The translations under genes and the position numbers were made by a program. The notes below the pieces were generated by a model. It did no database searches. It saw only the letters and a program-made list of their open reading frames with translations, and was not told the DNA's origin. Below, piece after piece: positions 51,715 to 61,770 of a stretch of 64,000 nucleotides of DNA. Source of the DNA: an uncultured Microbacteriaceae bacterium (GTDB lineage Bacteria; Actinomycetota; Actinomycetes; Actinomycetales; Microbacteriaceae); contig CALGUV010000149.1 in the NCBI GenBank assembly GCA_937920245.1, forward strand, positions 14,033 to 78,032, written 5' to 3'. Positions within the stretch are counted from its first letter, which is position 1; every line of letters starts with the position of its first letter.

Positions 51715-52266
51715 GTAGTCTTTTCCTGGCAACCACGACAATCCAGGCACACCCCAGTTATTTTCTTTGATTGCCTTTTTCATTTGCCTCTTATGGGGTT
51801 TCACTAGCCGGTCTGCGTAGAGCATTCCTTCTAGGTGGTCAAACTCATGCTGAAAGATTCGAGCCAGCCAGCCCTCGGCTTCTATTTGGTAATCCTGGCC
51901 CTCTAGATCAGTAGCCATCAACAGGGCGCGGTTTGCCCGCTTGAGGGGAAATCTTTCTCCTGGAATCGACAAACAACCCTCGGCGTCAGCCTCTTCGTCT
52001 AGCGGCTCGTCGGAAAATTCCGAGATTGAAAGCTCAGGATTGATTGCAACCCCCCGAATTTCCTCATCGTCAGTGCCATATGCGTAAACAAATATTCGCA
52101 GCCCGACTCCGATTTGAGTTGCAGCTAGGCCCACGCCGGGTGCTGCATCCATGGTTTCGAACATGTCTTGCACCAGCTCGCGGATGTAATCATCTATAAC
52201 CGGGACCTCCAGTGCACGTGTGTGAAGCACTGGATCACCGGTTATGAGTATTGTCTTCAAGGTCAC
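51703..52266 (-). CDS. def: Peptide deformylase
   Basis: GVGLAATQIG, EGCLS and QHEFDH. Confidence 0.97.
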   Translation of the reverse strand: MTLKTILITGDPVLHTRALEVPVIDDYIRELVQDMFETMDAAPGVGLAATQIGVGLRIFVYAYGTDDEEIRGVAINPELSISEFSDEPLDEEADAEGCLSIPGERFPLKRANRALLMATDLEGQDYQIEAEGWLARIFQHEFDHLEGMLYADRLVKPHKRQMKKAIKENNWGVPGLSWLPGKDYLEP

Positions 52267-52350
52267 GTGCCCATTTTAGCTAATCTCTAGGGGTAATTTC
52301 AGCTTGGTGGTCTAGGCTTTTAGGGCTTCCAGTCCGACAGGAGAAAAGTT

Positions 52351-53250
52351 TTGTTTTCACCCGAGATTGTAAGGGCATTTGCGATCGGCCTTGCTGTTAT
52401 CGGGGCGATTTTTCTCTCACTTGGCGCACAGTTTCAAAATGACGCAGTGACTAAACATCATGCGCCTAGCCGCCCGAGACCTGGATCCTTAAGCCTCAAG
52501 CAGATTGCTGATCTTCTCAGAAGACCCAGATGGCTGACTGGAACAAGTTTTTTGGTGCTGGCAATACTCTTCCAGCTATCCGCGCTTGCACTTGCTCCGC
52601 TGATCGTGGTGCAGCCGATCGGCGCAATTGCACTGATTATGACCTCTCTTTTAAACGCAAAGATTTACAGGCTCCGCCTAAACCTGAGCACGTTTCTTGC
52701 AATTGCCCTAACAACTCTGGGCGTTGGTGGTTTTGTTGCAGTGGCAGCCTCTAGTGCTGTGGCGGTTGAAATGAGCAACGAGAAGCTTTTGCAGGTAGTC
52801 GGAATATTATTTCTCTTACTGCTAATGTTCGGCGCATTATTCTGGCGGTCAAGGGGCAAGGTAGGTGCGCTGCAATACATTTTTGGGGCGGGCGTCCTCT
52901 ATGGCTTTGTTGCCTCGCTAGCCAAAGTCGTGATTCAGCGAGTCCTGCAGCAGGACTATGACCTTCTAACGCTGCTTGCTCTCATTTCACTGGTTGGAGC
53001 CACGGTTCTGGGTGGATGGTTCGTTCAGAACGCTTACGCGTCCGGCCCTCCGGATTTGGTCATCGCGGGGCTGACCGTTATCGATCCTGCTGTTGCAGTC
53101 ATGATCGGAATCGTAATTCTTGGTGAGGCCGAGGCGGCAAGTCTCGGAGAAGTGTTTGGCTACGCAGTGGCGGGTATCATTGCTATATCTGGAGTACTTG
53201 CCTTGAACAAATTTCACCCGCAGTTGACCGAGAAGGGTAACAGTGAGTAA
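52351..53250 (+). CDS. DMT-superfamily (NIPA-like) membrane transporter
   Basis: About nine TM segments; ALALAPLIVVQPIG and IGIVILGE patterns. Confidence 0.75.
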   Translation: MFSPEIVRAFAIGLAVIGAIFLSLGAQFQNDAVTKHHAPSRPRPGSLSLKQIADLLRRPRWLTGTSFLVLAILFQLSALALAPLIVVQPIGAIALIMTSLLNAKIYRLRLNLSTFLAIALTTLGVGGFVAVAASSAVAVEMSNEKLLQVVGILFLLLLMFGALFWRSRGKVGALQYIFGAGVLYGFVASLAKVVIQRVLQQDYDLLTLLALISLVGATVLGGWFVQNAYASGPPDLVIAGLTVIDPAVAVMIGIVILGEAEAASLGEVFGYAVAGIIAISGVLALNKFHPQLTEKGNSE

Positions 53251-54691
53251 ACCGATTAGGGTCCTCATAGCCTGCGACACTTTTGCCCCAGACATAAACG
53301 GGGCAGCCAGGTTTGCCGAACGTTTAGCCGGTGGTCTTGTTAGAAACGGTAACGAGGTGTCAATTATTGCTCCCGGTACAGACGGTTGGTCTGGAACAAG
53401 AGTGGAAGTTCACGACGGTGCCATGATGACCGTGCATAGACTTAAGAGTCACAAGATGCCGAACCACAAGAGTCATCGTTTGACTTCTCCCTTTGGGCTA
53501 TCCAGGGCGATCAAGAAAATAATTCTTCAGCAAAAGCCGGATGCACTGCACATACAGTCTCACCTGATGGTTGGAAGATTTGCGATGAGCGCAACCAGAG
53601 GAATGTCGATCCGAAGGATCGCAACCAACCACACGATGCCTGAGAACCTGCTCAAGTATGCGTTTCTGCCCAAATTTATGCACCCTCTTGCAATCAAGAT
53701 TCTCTGGGGGGATGCTGGCAGAGTCTTGCGGAAGATGGACGCTCTAACTACGCCCACGAGACGTGCGGCCGATCTTTTGGAGAATTCAGCGCACGTCAAG
53801 GGCGTTCTGGCCATCAGCTGCGGCATAGATGCAACGAAGTTTGCGAACCAGACTCGAACTCAGAACTTGGAGCCGGTGGCACTGTTCGTTGGTCGATTGG
53901 ATGACGAGAAAAGAATCAACATTTTGCTGATTGCCATTAGCAAATTAGATAAGTTTCCAAATCTAAAACTGCGACTGGTTGGTGATGGGGGTGAGCGCGA
54001 GCGTCTTGAGCGTCAGGCCAGTCAGCTTGGGATTTCGGATCGCGTCGAGTTCCTGGGGCACGTTACCGACCAAGAGCTTTCGGGGATTTATGAAAACTGC
54101 ACTGTTTTTGTAATGCCCTCAATTGCCGAGTTGCAGTCGATTGCGACCATGGAGGCAATGGCTTCTGGGCGACCAGTCATAGCCGCGGATGCCATGGCGC
54201 TTCCGCATTTGGTTCACGACGGTGACAACGGGTATTTATTCCCCCCGGACGACGCTGATGCCCTGAAAGAACGTTTAGAGCTTGTGCTTTCGGCGGACGA
54301 CAAAGAGCTTGCGAGACTCAGTGAAAACTCCCTGCATTTGATTCAGTCGCATGACATCGCAACAACCATAAGGATCTTTGAAGATCTCTATCGGGGCACG
54401 GGCGCAGATGTTCCGACCACAGCCGACAATCGTCCTGAGTATTTTTTGCCAATTGGCCGACTGTCTGCTTCGCTTAGAAAGCGCGTCGAGGAATTCAGGG
54501 TAGAGGCCCTAAGTCTTCGGCGGCGCGCAGAAGGTGCGTCGGAGAGCGCGCGAGGAAGATTCTCGGGTGCGGCGGATGAGGCCAGGGAGAGGCTTAGCGA
54601 GGTGCGCGAAGAGGTCAGGGAGCAGCTATCCGAGTTTCGAAGCGAGCTAGGCGATGCCGCAAAGAAATTTCGCCGTAAACGCGACGATTAG
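53243..54691 (+). CDS. GT4 family glycosyltransferase with a C-terminal helical extension
   Basis: DTFAPDINGAARF, FVGRLDDEKRI, FVMPSIAELQSIATMEAMASG and DGDNGYL. Confidence 0.88.
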   Translation: MSKPIRVLIACDTFAPDINGAARFAERLAGGLVRNGNEVSIIAPGTDGWSGTRVEVHDGAMMTVHRLKSHKMPNHKSHRLTSPFGLSRAIKKIILQQKPDALHIQSHLMVGRFAMSATRGMSIRRIATNHTMPENLLKYAFLPKFMHPLAIKILWGDAGRVLRKMDALTTPTRRAADLLENSAHVKGVLAISCGIDATKFANQTRTQNLEPVALFVGRLDDEKRINILLIAISKLDKFPNLKLRLVGDGGERERLERQASQLGISDRVEFLGHVTDQELSGIYENCTVFVMPSIAELQSIATMEAMASGRPVIAADAMALPHLVHDGDNGYLFPPDDADALKERLELVLSADDKELARLSENSLHLIQSHDIATTIRIFEDLYRGTGADVPTTADNRPEYFLPIGRLSASLRKRVEEFRVEALSLRRRAEGASESARGRFSGAADEARERLSEVREEVREQLSEFRSELGDAAKKFRRKRDD

Positions 54692-54845
54692 ATTGTTCTA
54701 GTCGATACATCGGATCCAGGGGGTGTCCTTTGTCTCGTAAACCCCGTGCAAGAGCTTTGGACGCCAAACCTGATGCAAAATTTCCTCACACCTGTTGCTT
54801 TAGACGAGGCGGCCTTGTCTTAGTTGGGTAGAATCTAAGAGGCTG

Positions 54846-54919
54846 GGGGCGTTAGCTCAGCTGGTTAGAGCAAACGACTCATAATCGTTCGGTCGCGGGT
54901 TCAAGTCCCGCACGCCCCA
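54846..54919 (+). tRNA. tRNA with CAT anticodon (probably Ile2/lysidine type; elongator Met not excluded; not initiator-like)
   Basis: Acceptor GGGGCGT/ACGCCCC; anticodon arm AACGA-CTCATAA-TCGTT; TAGAAT -10 candidate upstream. Confidence 0.9.
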
Positions 54920-54970
54920 CTTTCGGACACCTTTCCTTGCAACAGGACCAAGCATGGAAATATACACCGG

Positions 54971-55005
54971 CTCTCACTCAGTTACATGCCTCTCACCTAG
55001 TTACA
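54971..55005 (+). repeat. Tandem 16-bp direct repeat (CTCTCAC-NN-AGTTACA x2, 19-bp period)
   Basis: CTCTCACTCAGTTACA at 54971-54986 and CTCTCACCTAGTTACA at 54990-55005. Confidence 0.85.
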
Positions 55006-55032
55006 CTTGATCTTATAGATGGGAGTGTGTGA

Positions 55033-56088
55033 ATGTCGGCAGTGATCATTCAGGTCAAAACTTCCCTGCCTGAGCATGTTCATTCTCAATCTGAGGTAAC
55101 CGCCGCGTTGGTACCCAGGCTCGCACCGACTGATGGAACTAGAGCCGTCTTAGAGCGCCTTCACAGCAATTCCAAGATTGAACAGCGTCACTTCGTTTTA
55201 CCGATTTCGGAATACACGGATATTGATTCATTCACGAGGGCGAATACACTTTTTGCGCAACACGCACTCTCGCTGGTGGAGGACTGCACCAGAAGGGCGC
55301 TTGATGAAACCGGGCTAAATGCCGACGAAGTTGATCATCTTTTCTTCACCACGGTAACCGGTGTCGGCGCTCCTGCACTGGATGTCTTGCTTGCCGCTCG
55401 AATGGGTTTCCGGTCAGACCTCAAGAGGATCCCAAGCTTTGGTCTTGGCTGTGCTGGGGGTGCTGCGGGAATAGCCAGAGTCGCAGATTATCTATTGGGT
55501 AATCCAAAGGCGGTTGCGCTAGTTGTCTCTGTGGAGCTGTGTTCACTAACTATCCAATGGGAAGATCGATCCATGGCCAACTACGTTGGCACGGGAATCT
55601 TCGGTGACGGCGCAGCTGCCGTCGTGATGGTGGGTGGTCAGCACCCTAAGGCCATGAATGGGATTTCGGTCAAAGGCAGCAGAAGCACTTTGTACTCCGA
55701 TACTGAATCTCTGATTGGCTGGAAAGTTGGCGGCAGCGGGCTTTCTTTGATGCTTGAGGCCGGTGTACCAGAGATGATAATTGAAAACTTTGCAGCTGAG
55801 GTGGATGTCCTTCTAGGTCAACAAGGGCTGTCCCGCAACGACATAGACGTTTGGATAGCCCATCCGGGGGGTCCCAAAATTCTTGAGGCATTCGCTTCAT
55901 CACTTGATTTAGCCGACTCCGATTTGTCCGCCAGCTGGGATGTTATGGCCAGAGCCGGAAATATGTCCTCAGCCGCAGTTCTTCATGTCTTGAGCGATCT
56001 TTCTGAGCAGCCTTCGGCGACAATTGGTTTGCTGTTTGCGGTCGGTCCCGGAGTTTCCCTTGAGCTTGTCCTGTTGGAGTGGACATGA
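55033..56088 (+). CDS. Type III polyketide synthase
   Basis: Catalytic triad Cys (FGLGCAGG), His (IAHPGG) and Asn (GNMSS); also FGDGAAA. Confidence 0.95.
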   Translation: MSAVIIQVKTSLPEHVHSQSEVTAALVPRLAPTDGTRAVLERLHSNSKIEQRHFVLPISEYTDIDSFTRANTLFAQHALSLVEDCTRRALDETGLNADEVDHLFFTTVTGVGAPALDVLLAARMGFRSDLKRIPSFGLGCAGGAAGIARVADYLLGNPKAVALVVSVELCSLTIQWEDRSMANYVGTGIFGDGAAAVVMVGGQHPKAMNGISVKGSRSTLYSDTESLIGWKVGGSGLSLMLEAGVPEMIIENFAAEVDVLLGQQGLSRNDIDVWIAHPGGPKILEAFASSLDLADSDLSASWDVMARAGNMSSAAVLHVLSDLSEQPSATIGLLFAVGPGVSLELVLLEWT

Positions 56089-56621
56089 TCTTGACTATCG
56101 GCGTGATGCTATTCATCGGTCTTATTCTGGCGACGGGCGCAGAGCGGATTTACGAACTTGTTGTTTCGACTAGAAATGCAAAACTCGCTTTTATTTCCGG
56201 TGGCATCGAATATGGCCGCGGTCATTTGCCCTTCATGATTGCCCTGCATACCGCTTTACTAGCAGGGGCCATAATCGAAGTTGTTATTCTTGACCGCCAA
56301 TTTCTTGGTTCTCCGGGCTGGGTTTTCCTTGCCATTGCCATCGGATGTCAAGCGGCGAGGTATTGGTTTATTTGGGCACTTGGGTCCCAGTGGAATACCA
56401 GGGTGATCGTGATTCCAGGCGCGAAGCTTGTTAGAAAGGGTCCATATTCGCTGCCTTGGCTTCGTCACCCCAACTATTGGGTAGTAGCAATTGAGGGTTT
56501 CGCCTTGCCCATGGTTCACTCGGCTTGGATTACAGCAATCACGTTCACTGTTCTCAACGCCGTATTGCTCCTTGGATTCAGGATTCCTACCGAAAACAAG
56601 GCTTTGAAGGGCTTGAGATGA
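56085..56621 (+). CDS. Isoprenylcysteine carboxyl methyltransferase-family (SrsB/BpsB-like) methyltransferase
   Basis: GGIEYGRGH, LGSQWNTRV and RHPNY; ATGA overlap with the PKS stop. Confidence 0.9.
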   Translation: MILTIGVMLFIGLILATGAERIYELVVSTRNAKLAFISGGIEYGRGHLPFMIALHTALLAGAIIEVVILDRQFLGSPGWVFLAIAIGCQAARYWFIWALGSQWNTRVIVIPGAKLVRKGPYSLPWLRHPNYWVVAIEGFALPMVHSAWITAITFTVLNAVLLLGFRIPTENKALKGLR

Positions 56622-57661
56622 ACAACTACGACGTAATAGTCGTCGGGGGAGGCCCGGTAGGCATGGCAGCGGCCATTGAGGCTCGTTTGAGCGGCCTATC
56701 AGCTGTGGTTGTCGAACCGCGTAGTGGAGTAATTGACAAGGCTTGTGGTGAGGGCCTAATGCCTGGTGCAATTCCGCTGTTAGCTAGGTTGGGTGTATTT
56801 CCCAAGGGGCGTGATCTTGCTGGAGTCACATACAGAAGTGGTGGGCATGCAGTATCACACCGATTTTCGAGCGGCGTTGGAAAAGGCGTTAGGCGCACTG
56901 AGCTTCACGGAAGCCTTAGGTCGCGCTCGGAAGAACTTGGAGTGGTTTTTGTCGAGGCATCAGTGAGCTCCGTAACGGAAACCGAAAGTGGTTTGGTTGC
57001 ATCCTGCTCAAATGGTGGGAGCATCCAAGGTCGGTACCTGATAGCTGCGGATGGATTGCATTCCGGCATTGCCAAGGCTGCTGGATTGGTGAAGGACCTG
57101 TCTCCAAAGCGATCTAAACGCTTTGGAATAAGGCAGCATTTCCACGTTGCGCCCTGGTCCGAATTCATTGAAGTCTTTTACACCAAGACCGCTGAGGTCT
57201 ACATAACTCCGGTATCGGAGGACCAGGTGGGTGTGGCTGTCTTGGGGCCAAAGTCAACCGACTTTGATGAAACCATAGCTAGCATCCCAGAGCTTGCAGG
57301 AAGGCTAGCGGGTGCAGCACCGGCTTCGCAGCGAAGTGGAGCGGGCTCATTTCCTCAGCTAACCACTGGACGCACCAAGGGTCGCATCCTTTTGGTTGGC
57401 GACGCCTCCGGATATGTAGATGCAATCACTGGTGAGGGCTTGAGGTTGGGCTTTGCTCAAGCAAAGGTGGCGATTGAGTGTATTTTCAACGACAAGCCAG
57501 CAAGTTATGAAAGAGCTTGGCGACGAGTAAGCAGAGATTTTAGGGTTTTGACTGGGGGCCTAATTTCAGCGGCGAATTCTCCGATCAGAATGGCCATTGT
57601 CCCCCTAGCTAGCAGGCTTCCTTGGGTGTTTGGTTTGGTCGTCAATCGCTTGGCGCGCTAA
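56618..57661 (+). CDS. FAD-dependent oxidoreductase/monooxygenase
   Basis: VVGGGPVG, DKACGEGLMP, IAADG and GDASGYVDAITGEGL; ATGA overlap. Confidence 0.9.
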   Translation: MNNYDVIVVGGGPVGMAAAIEARLSGLSAVVVEPRSGVIDKACGEGLMPGAIPLLARLGVFPKGRDLAGVTYRSGGHAVSHRFSSGVGKGVRRTELHGSLRSRSEELGVVFVEASVSSVTETESGLVASCSNGGSIQGRYLIAADGLHSGIAKAAGLVKDLSPKRSKRFGIRQHFHVAPWSEFIEVFYTKTAEVYITPVSEDQVGVAVLGPKSTDFDETIASIPELAGRLAGAAPASQRSGAGSFPQLTTGRTKGRILLVGDASGYVDAITGEGLRLGFAQAKVAIECIFNDKPASYERAWRRVSRDFRVLTGGLISAANSPIRMAIVPLASRLPWVFGLVVNRLAR

Positions 57662-57663
57662 CT

Positions 57664-58500
57664 ATGTTTGCAAGCAAACTTAGTTTTCTTTATAAATCCA
57701 CCCACCCAATGCCCTCGTTCGCAGTGGCGCTCTTCGCCACGCTATTTGCGGTTGGCATCGGGCTCGAGACTCAAAGGGTTGCATTAGTGGGGTTTGCGGT
57801 TTTGTTCCAACAGTTCTCGGTGGGGTTATCAAACGATTGGCTAGACCACAAGCGTGATCGCGCTGCCGGGCGCACTGACAAGCCTGTGGCACGAGGCTCC
57901 GTAGGCGTTTCGCTAGTTAGAAACTTTTCTTTTGCTGCGGGTACTTTGGCGCTCTTGGTCTCGAGTGTTCTCGGGCGGGAGAGCCTTGGTTGGATGGTAT
58001 TTATGTTGGTCGCGGGTTGGACCTATAATCTTGGCCTTAAGGCAACCGCTTTCTCAGTACTGCCCTATGCAGTTGGTTTTGGTATTTTGCCAGCGTTTGC
58101 AACCTTGAGCCTTCAGGAAAGTCCGCTTCCACCCGCCTGGGTCGCGGTGGTCGCGGCCCTGCTAGGAGTGTCCGCGCACTTTGCTAATACTTTGCCGGAT
58201 CTCATGGAGGACAGGGCGACTGGGGTTCGAGCGCTGCCGCACATTGTCGGCCAAAAGATTTCGGCACTAGTCATTGCTGCCACGGCAATTCTTGCCTCAA
58301 GCATTGCTGTTTATCAAAGCGACGCCTTGGCAGTGTTCGTTGGACCAGTTGGACTTGTGGCAACTATCTTGTTGGCTGGCATTGCGTCTGTGTTGAGTCT
58401 CAGGCCAGCTCCACCGCGGGTAATCTTTCCGTTACTGGTCCTGGCATCCTTGGTCAATGCGATTTTACTGATGCTTGGTGTTGGCCCTATTGGGGCGTAG
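57664..58500 (+). CDS. UbiA family prenyltransferase
   Basis: Asp-rich motifs SNDWLDHKRD and NTLPDLMED in a multi-TM protein. Confidence 0.9.
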   Translation: MFASKLSFLYKSTHPMPSFAVALFATLFAVGIGLETQRVALVGFAVLFQQFSVGLSNDWLDHKRDRAAGRTDKPVARGSVGVSLVRNFSFAAGTLALLVSSVLGRESLGWMVFMLVAGWTYNLGLKATAFSVLPYAVGFGILPAFATLSLQESPLPPAWVAVVAALLGVSAHFANTLPDLMEDRATGVRALPHIVGQKISALVIAATAILASSIAVYQSDALAVFVGPVGLVATILLAGIASVLSLRPAPPRVIFPLLVLASLVNAILLMLGVGPIGA

Positions 58501-58643
58501 TTCTTGCGCCGACTGAGGGAATTATTGGTTTGTGCTTGAGCAATCAATCAGAGGACTTAGGTTGATTGATAAAAAGACTCCGAATCAAATTGTTTCAACG
58601 GCCTCCGGCGTAGGAAAACCGCGTCAAATGATGCGAAATTGAA

Positions 58644-59429
58644 CTAGAGGATTTGCGACAGGAACTTTTTAGTTCGCTCTTCTTTGGGGTTATCAAATAT
58701 CTCTGATGGCGTTCCTACTTCGACGATTTCGCCCTTGTCCATGAATACGACCCGGTCGGCAACTTCGCGGGCGAAGCCCATTTCATGCGTCACCACAATC
58801 ATGGTCATCCCGTCCTGCGCGAGCTCCTTCATTGCGTCCAGAACCTCGTTGATCATTTCCGGGTCGAGTGCGCTAGTGGGCTCATCAAAAAGCATCACCT
58901 TTGGCGTCATCGCTAGAGCTCTTGCTAGTGCAACGCGCTGCTGCTGACCCCCGGACAGTTGGGCTGGAAACTTGTCTGCCTGCTCGGGAATCTTCACTCT
59001 GGTCAGTAGTTCCATCGCCAGCTCTTCGGCGGCAGACTTGGATAGACCCCGAACCCTTCTAGGTCCAATCGCAACATTGGTTAGGACCGTGAGATGAGGG
59101 AATAAGTTGAAGTTTTGGAAGACCATGCCGGTTTCTTTTCGAATTTCCTGAATGTTTCGAATGTCCGTTGTCAGCGCAGTGCCATCTACCAAGATGTGGC
59201 CGTCATCGTGTGCCTCGAGCCTGTTGATGCAACGTATTAGAGTCGATTTACCCGATCCCGAAGGGCCAATAACTACGACAACCTCTTTACGCCCAACTTG
59301 CATGTTTATGTTCTTCAGCGCCTCAAAGTCTTTGAAACGCTTAAAGACGCCCTCGATAACGATTATGGCATCGTCGGATTCGCGTCCACCTGACATCTTG
59401 GATGCATCCTTAAATACTTCATTACTCAT
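58644..59429 (-). CDS. Polar amino acid ABC transporter ATP-binding subunit (AapP/BztD-like)
   Basis: [27 protein letters not shown] and VTHEMGFA. Confidence 0.95.
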   Translation of the reverse strand: MSNEVFKDASKMSGGRESDDAIIVIEGVFKRFKDFEALKNINMQVGRKEVVVVIGPSGSGKSTLIRCINRLEAHDDGHILVDGTALTTDIRNIQEIRKETGMVFQNFNLFPHLTVLTNVAIGPRRVRGLSKSAAEELAMELLTRVKIPEQADKFPAQLSGGQQQRVALARALAMTPKVMLFDEPTSALDPEMINEVLDAMKELAQDGMTMIVVTHEMGFAREVADRVVFMDKGEIVEVGTPSEIFDNPKEERTKKFLSQIL

Positions 59430-60610
59430 CGAATACCAACTCCTAGTTTCTTTTCGATTCTTTGGCTTTCTCTGCTCATCACGTATGATCCAACCCAGAA
59501 AAGTAGTCCCACAAACGCTAGGGATTCATAGATCAGGCCTTGGCCGAGGTAATCATCCTGTTTAGTGATGGCAGTGCCAACATTTAGTAAGTCGAAGACG
59601 CTGAGTGCGACGCCCGCAAGTGTGGTGTCCTTGAACAGCGAGATGAATTGACCTATTTGGGCTGGGATAACGTTTCTCAGCGCCTGGGGCAGAGTGATTA
59701 GGAACGTAATCCTAAAAGTGGAAAGCCCAAGCGCCTTACCGGCCTCCGCTTGGCCCTTCGGTATCGACTGTAAACCGCCCCTAATAACCTCTGCGAGGTA
59801 TGCGGCAGTGAACAAAGTGAACACGGTCACCGCTCTGAAGATTGCATCCGGTGCGATGCTGGCTGGTATGAAAAACTCCAGGGCAACACCGGCTAGGAGC
59901 AGAAGAACAAAAAGTGGAGCTCCACGAATTAGCTCAATGTATGCGGTGGATAGCCAGCGCAGAAGAGGCAATGTTGACCTTCTGCCAAGTGCCAACATAA
60001 CGCCCAACGGGAAGCTCAGCGCGATGCTAACTACGGCAAGGTAGAAATTGATCAGGAACCCGCCCCACTCTTCGAGCGCGGCCTGCCCCATTGTTAGGAA
60101 GATTAGGACTAGCGGCAGCGTCGCGTTTATGGCGACCCACAACCATCCGGGGAGTCTTTTCAGAGGAGTATTTCGTCTGGCTATTCCAAAGAGCCTTCCT
60201 GCGAAGATCGAAAGCACCACGTATGCACCGAACAGAACGGCGGCCATGTCTCCTGCTAGAACTATCAAGAATGCTGAGGTGGCAATAATTAGCCCAAAAC
60301 GCTGAAATAGCCCCCATAGCTTTCCAGCAAGAGTCGGCGGTTGGTCGATTGGGCGATTCATCCCCGAAGCAAGGCTGGCTATGGAGAAGCATGTCGCCAA
60401 GATTGAGAAACCGACCAGGAACATCAGCTCCTCTGGAAAGCGGCCTACCAGAAGGATTTTCAGGTTGACTTGAATGATTTCCCAGCGCCCAGTGATGAAT
60501 ACGAACTGAAAAACCTGAAAAATCACGTAACCCAAGATGCTCCCCGAAATTACAGTGAGTATCGTGTCGGTAATCGACCTGAACAGGTTTCTTCTCATCC
60601 AAGTAATCAT
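59426..60610 (-). CDS. Amino acid ABC permease (AapM/BztC-like)
   Basis: [25 protein letters not shown] and FISLFKDT. Confidence 0.92.
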   Translation of the reverse strand: MITWMRRNLFRSITDTILTVISGSILGYVIFQVFQFVFITGRWEIIQVNLKILLVGRFPEELMFLVGFSILATCFSIASLASGMNRPIDQPPTLAGKLWGLFQRFGLIIATSAFLIVLAGDMAAVLFGAYVVLSIFAGRLFGIARRNTPLKRLPGWLWVAINATLPLVLIFLTMGQAALEEWGGFLINFYLAVVSIALSFPLGVMLALGRRSTLPLLRWLSTAYIELIRGAPLFVLLLLAGVALEFFIPASIAPDAIFRAVTVFTLFTAAYLAEVIRGGLQSIPKGQAEAGKALGLSTFRITFLITLPQALRNVIPAQIGQFISLFKDTTLAGVALSVFDLLNVGTAITKQDDYLGQGLIYESLAFVGLLFWVGSYVMSRESQRIEKKLGVGIR

Positions 60611-61770
60611 CGTTCCACCAGTGCAAGTCTTCGATTGAAAAAGTTCACCACAAGGCTAGTGACTAGCGAAATTGCTAGATAAACCAACAGGGTAAGAGAG
60701 AAAGCTGGAACTGCAGGCGATCCATTGCCCACAGTGATTTGAGCGATCTGGGTGAGCTCAAAGTAGCTGATGGTTGCTCCCAATGATGAGTTTTTTATTA
60801 GGTTCAGGTATTGATTTCCGAGCGCCGGCATTGCTATGCGAAATGCTTGAGGAAGGATGATTAGTCTCATTTTTTGAGAACCGCTTAGCGCGATGGCATC
60901 CGCAGCCTCCCCTTGGCCTCTGGAGACAGCGAGAATGGAACCGCGAACAATCTCCGCGATGTGGCTGCTTGTGTAGATAACCAGCGATGCAACCAGAGCG
61001 AAGAAGGACGGGTCCAGCCTTAGTCCGCCCGTCGTTCCCCGGCCGTCGACGTATGGGAGTTCCCAGCCATACCCGAATAGCAGCCAAATCAGAACGACCA
61101 GGAAGACGAATGTAGCTATGCCAACCAGCCACGCTCGGTCTTGCTTACCGGTTTTATCTGCCTGCCTGATTCGAATTTTGGCCACCACGAATGCAAGTAG
61201 TGCCGCGCTCAAGATTCCGATTCCTAGCTGAGCGGGAGAGCCGATGAACCAGGGGATGGCAATGCCTCTGTTTGACACCACGAAAAGGTCAAGAGGCAGC
61301 CAGGCGTTTTCAATTCTGGGGAAAGCCTGCAGAACTACCGCAAGGTTCATGAATGTCAATAGGAGAAGCAGTGGCAGGTTGCGAACCAATTCAACGTAAA
61401 CAGTTCCGAGAGTTCTGACCATGAAGTTTTTAGAGAGCCTGGCGATACCAATCAAGGTGCCAAGGATTGTGGCAAGTGCGATACCTATAAATGCGACTCG
61501 GAGGGTATTCAGAAAACCCTCGACGAATGCGTCTCGTACCGGTTGTGATTGATCCAGGTCGTTTCCTGGAATCGTGAAGTTTGCGGGGTTGTCGAGAAAG
61601 CGAAGATCGGTTTGAATGCTGCTTTTGGCTACGTTCTCTTGATAATTGCCGTACAGCCAATAGAACATTGCGAACACTGCCAACAAGGCCAGTATTTGGA
61701 GCGCCCATTTGAGGGTTCTAATGTCCCTAAAAAAGGGCACTTTACTGGGTGTGCTCAATTGAGGGCTCAT
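60607..61770 (-). CDS. Amino acid ABC permease (AapQ/BztB-like)
   Basis: GFLNTLRV, YVELVRNLPLL, AEIVRGSI and NLIKNSSL. Confidence 0.92.
   Translation of the reverse strand: MSPQLSTPSKVPFFRDIRTLKWALQILALLAVFAMFYWLYGNYQENVAKSSIQTDLRFLDNPANFTIPGNDLDQSQPVRDAFVEGFLNTLRVAFIGIALATILGTLIGIARLSKNFMVRTLGTVYVELVRNLPLLLLLTFMNLAVVLQAFPRIENAWLPLDLFVVSNRGIAIPWFIGSPAQLGIGILSAALLAFVVAKIRIRQADKTGKQDRAWLVGIATFVFLVVLIWLLFGYGWELPYVDGRGTTGGLRLDPSFFALVASLVIYTSSHIAEIVRGSILAVSRGQGEAADAIALSGSQKMRLIILPQAFRIAMPALGNQYLNLIKNSSLGATISYFELTQIAQITVGNGSPAVPAFSLTLLVYLAISLVTSLVVNFFNRRLALVER

Noticed and set aside
54692-54845. Possible ncRNA between the GT4 gene and tRNA(CAT)
   Set aside because: Only short helices and no recognisable family; explained as tRNA promoter region.
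54846-58643. PKS operon as an integrated island at the tRNA(CAT)
   Set aside because: No integrase, and I found no duplicated tRNA 3' end (att) at 58501-58643. Horizontal origin is possible but unsupported here.
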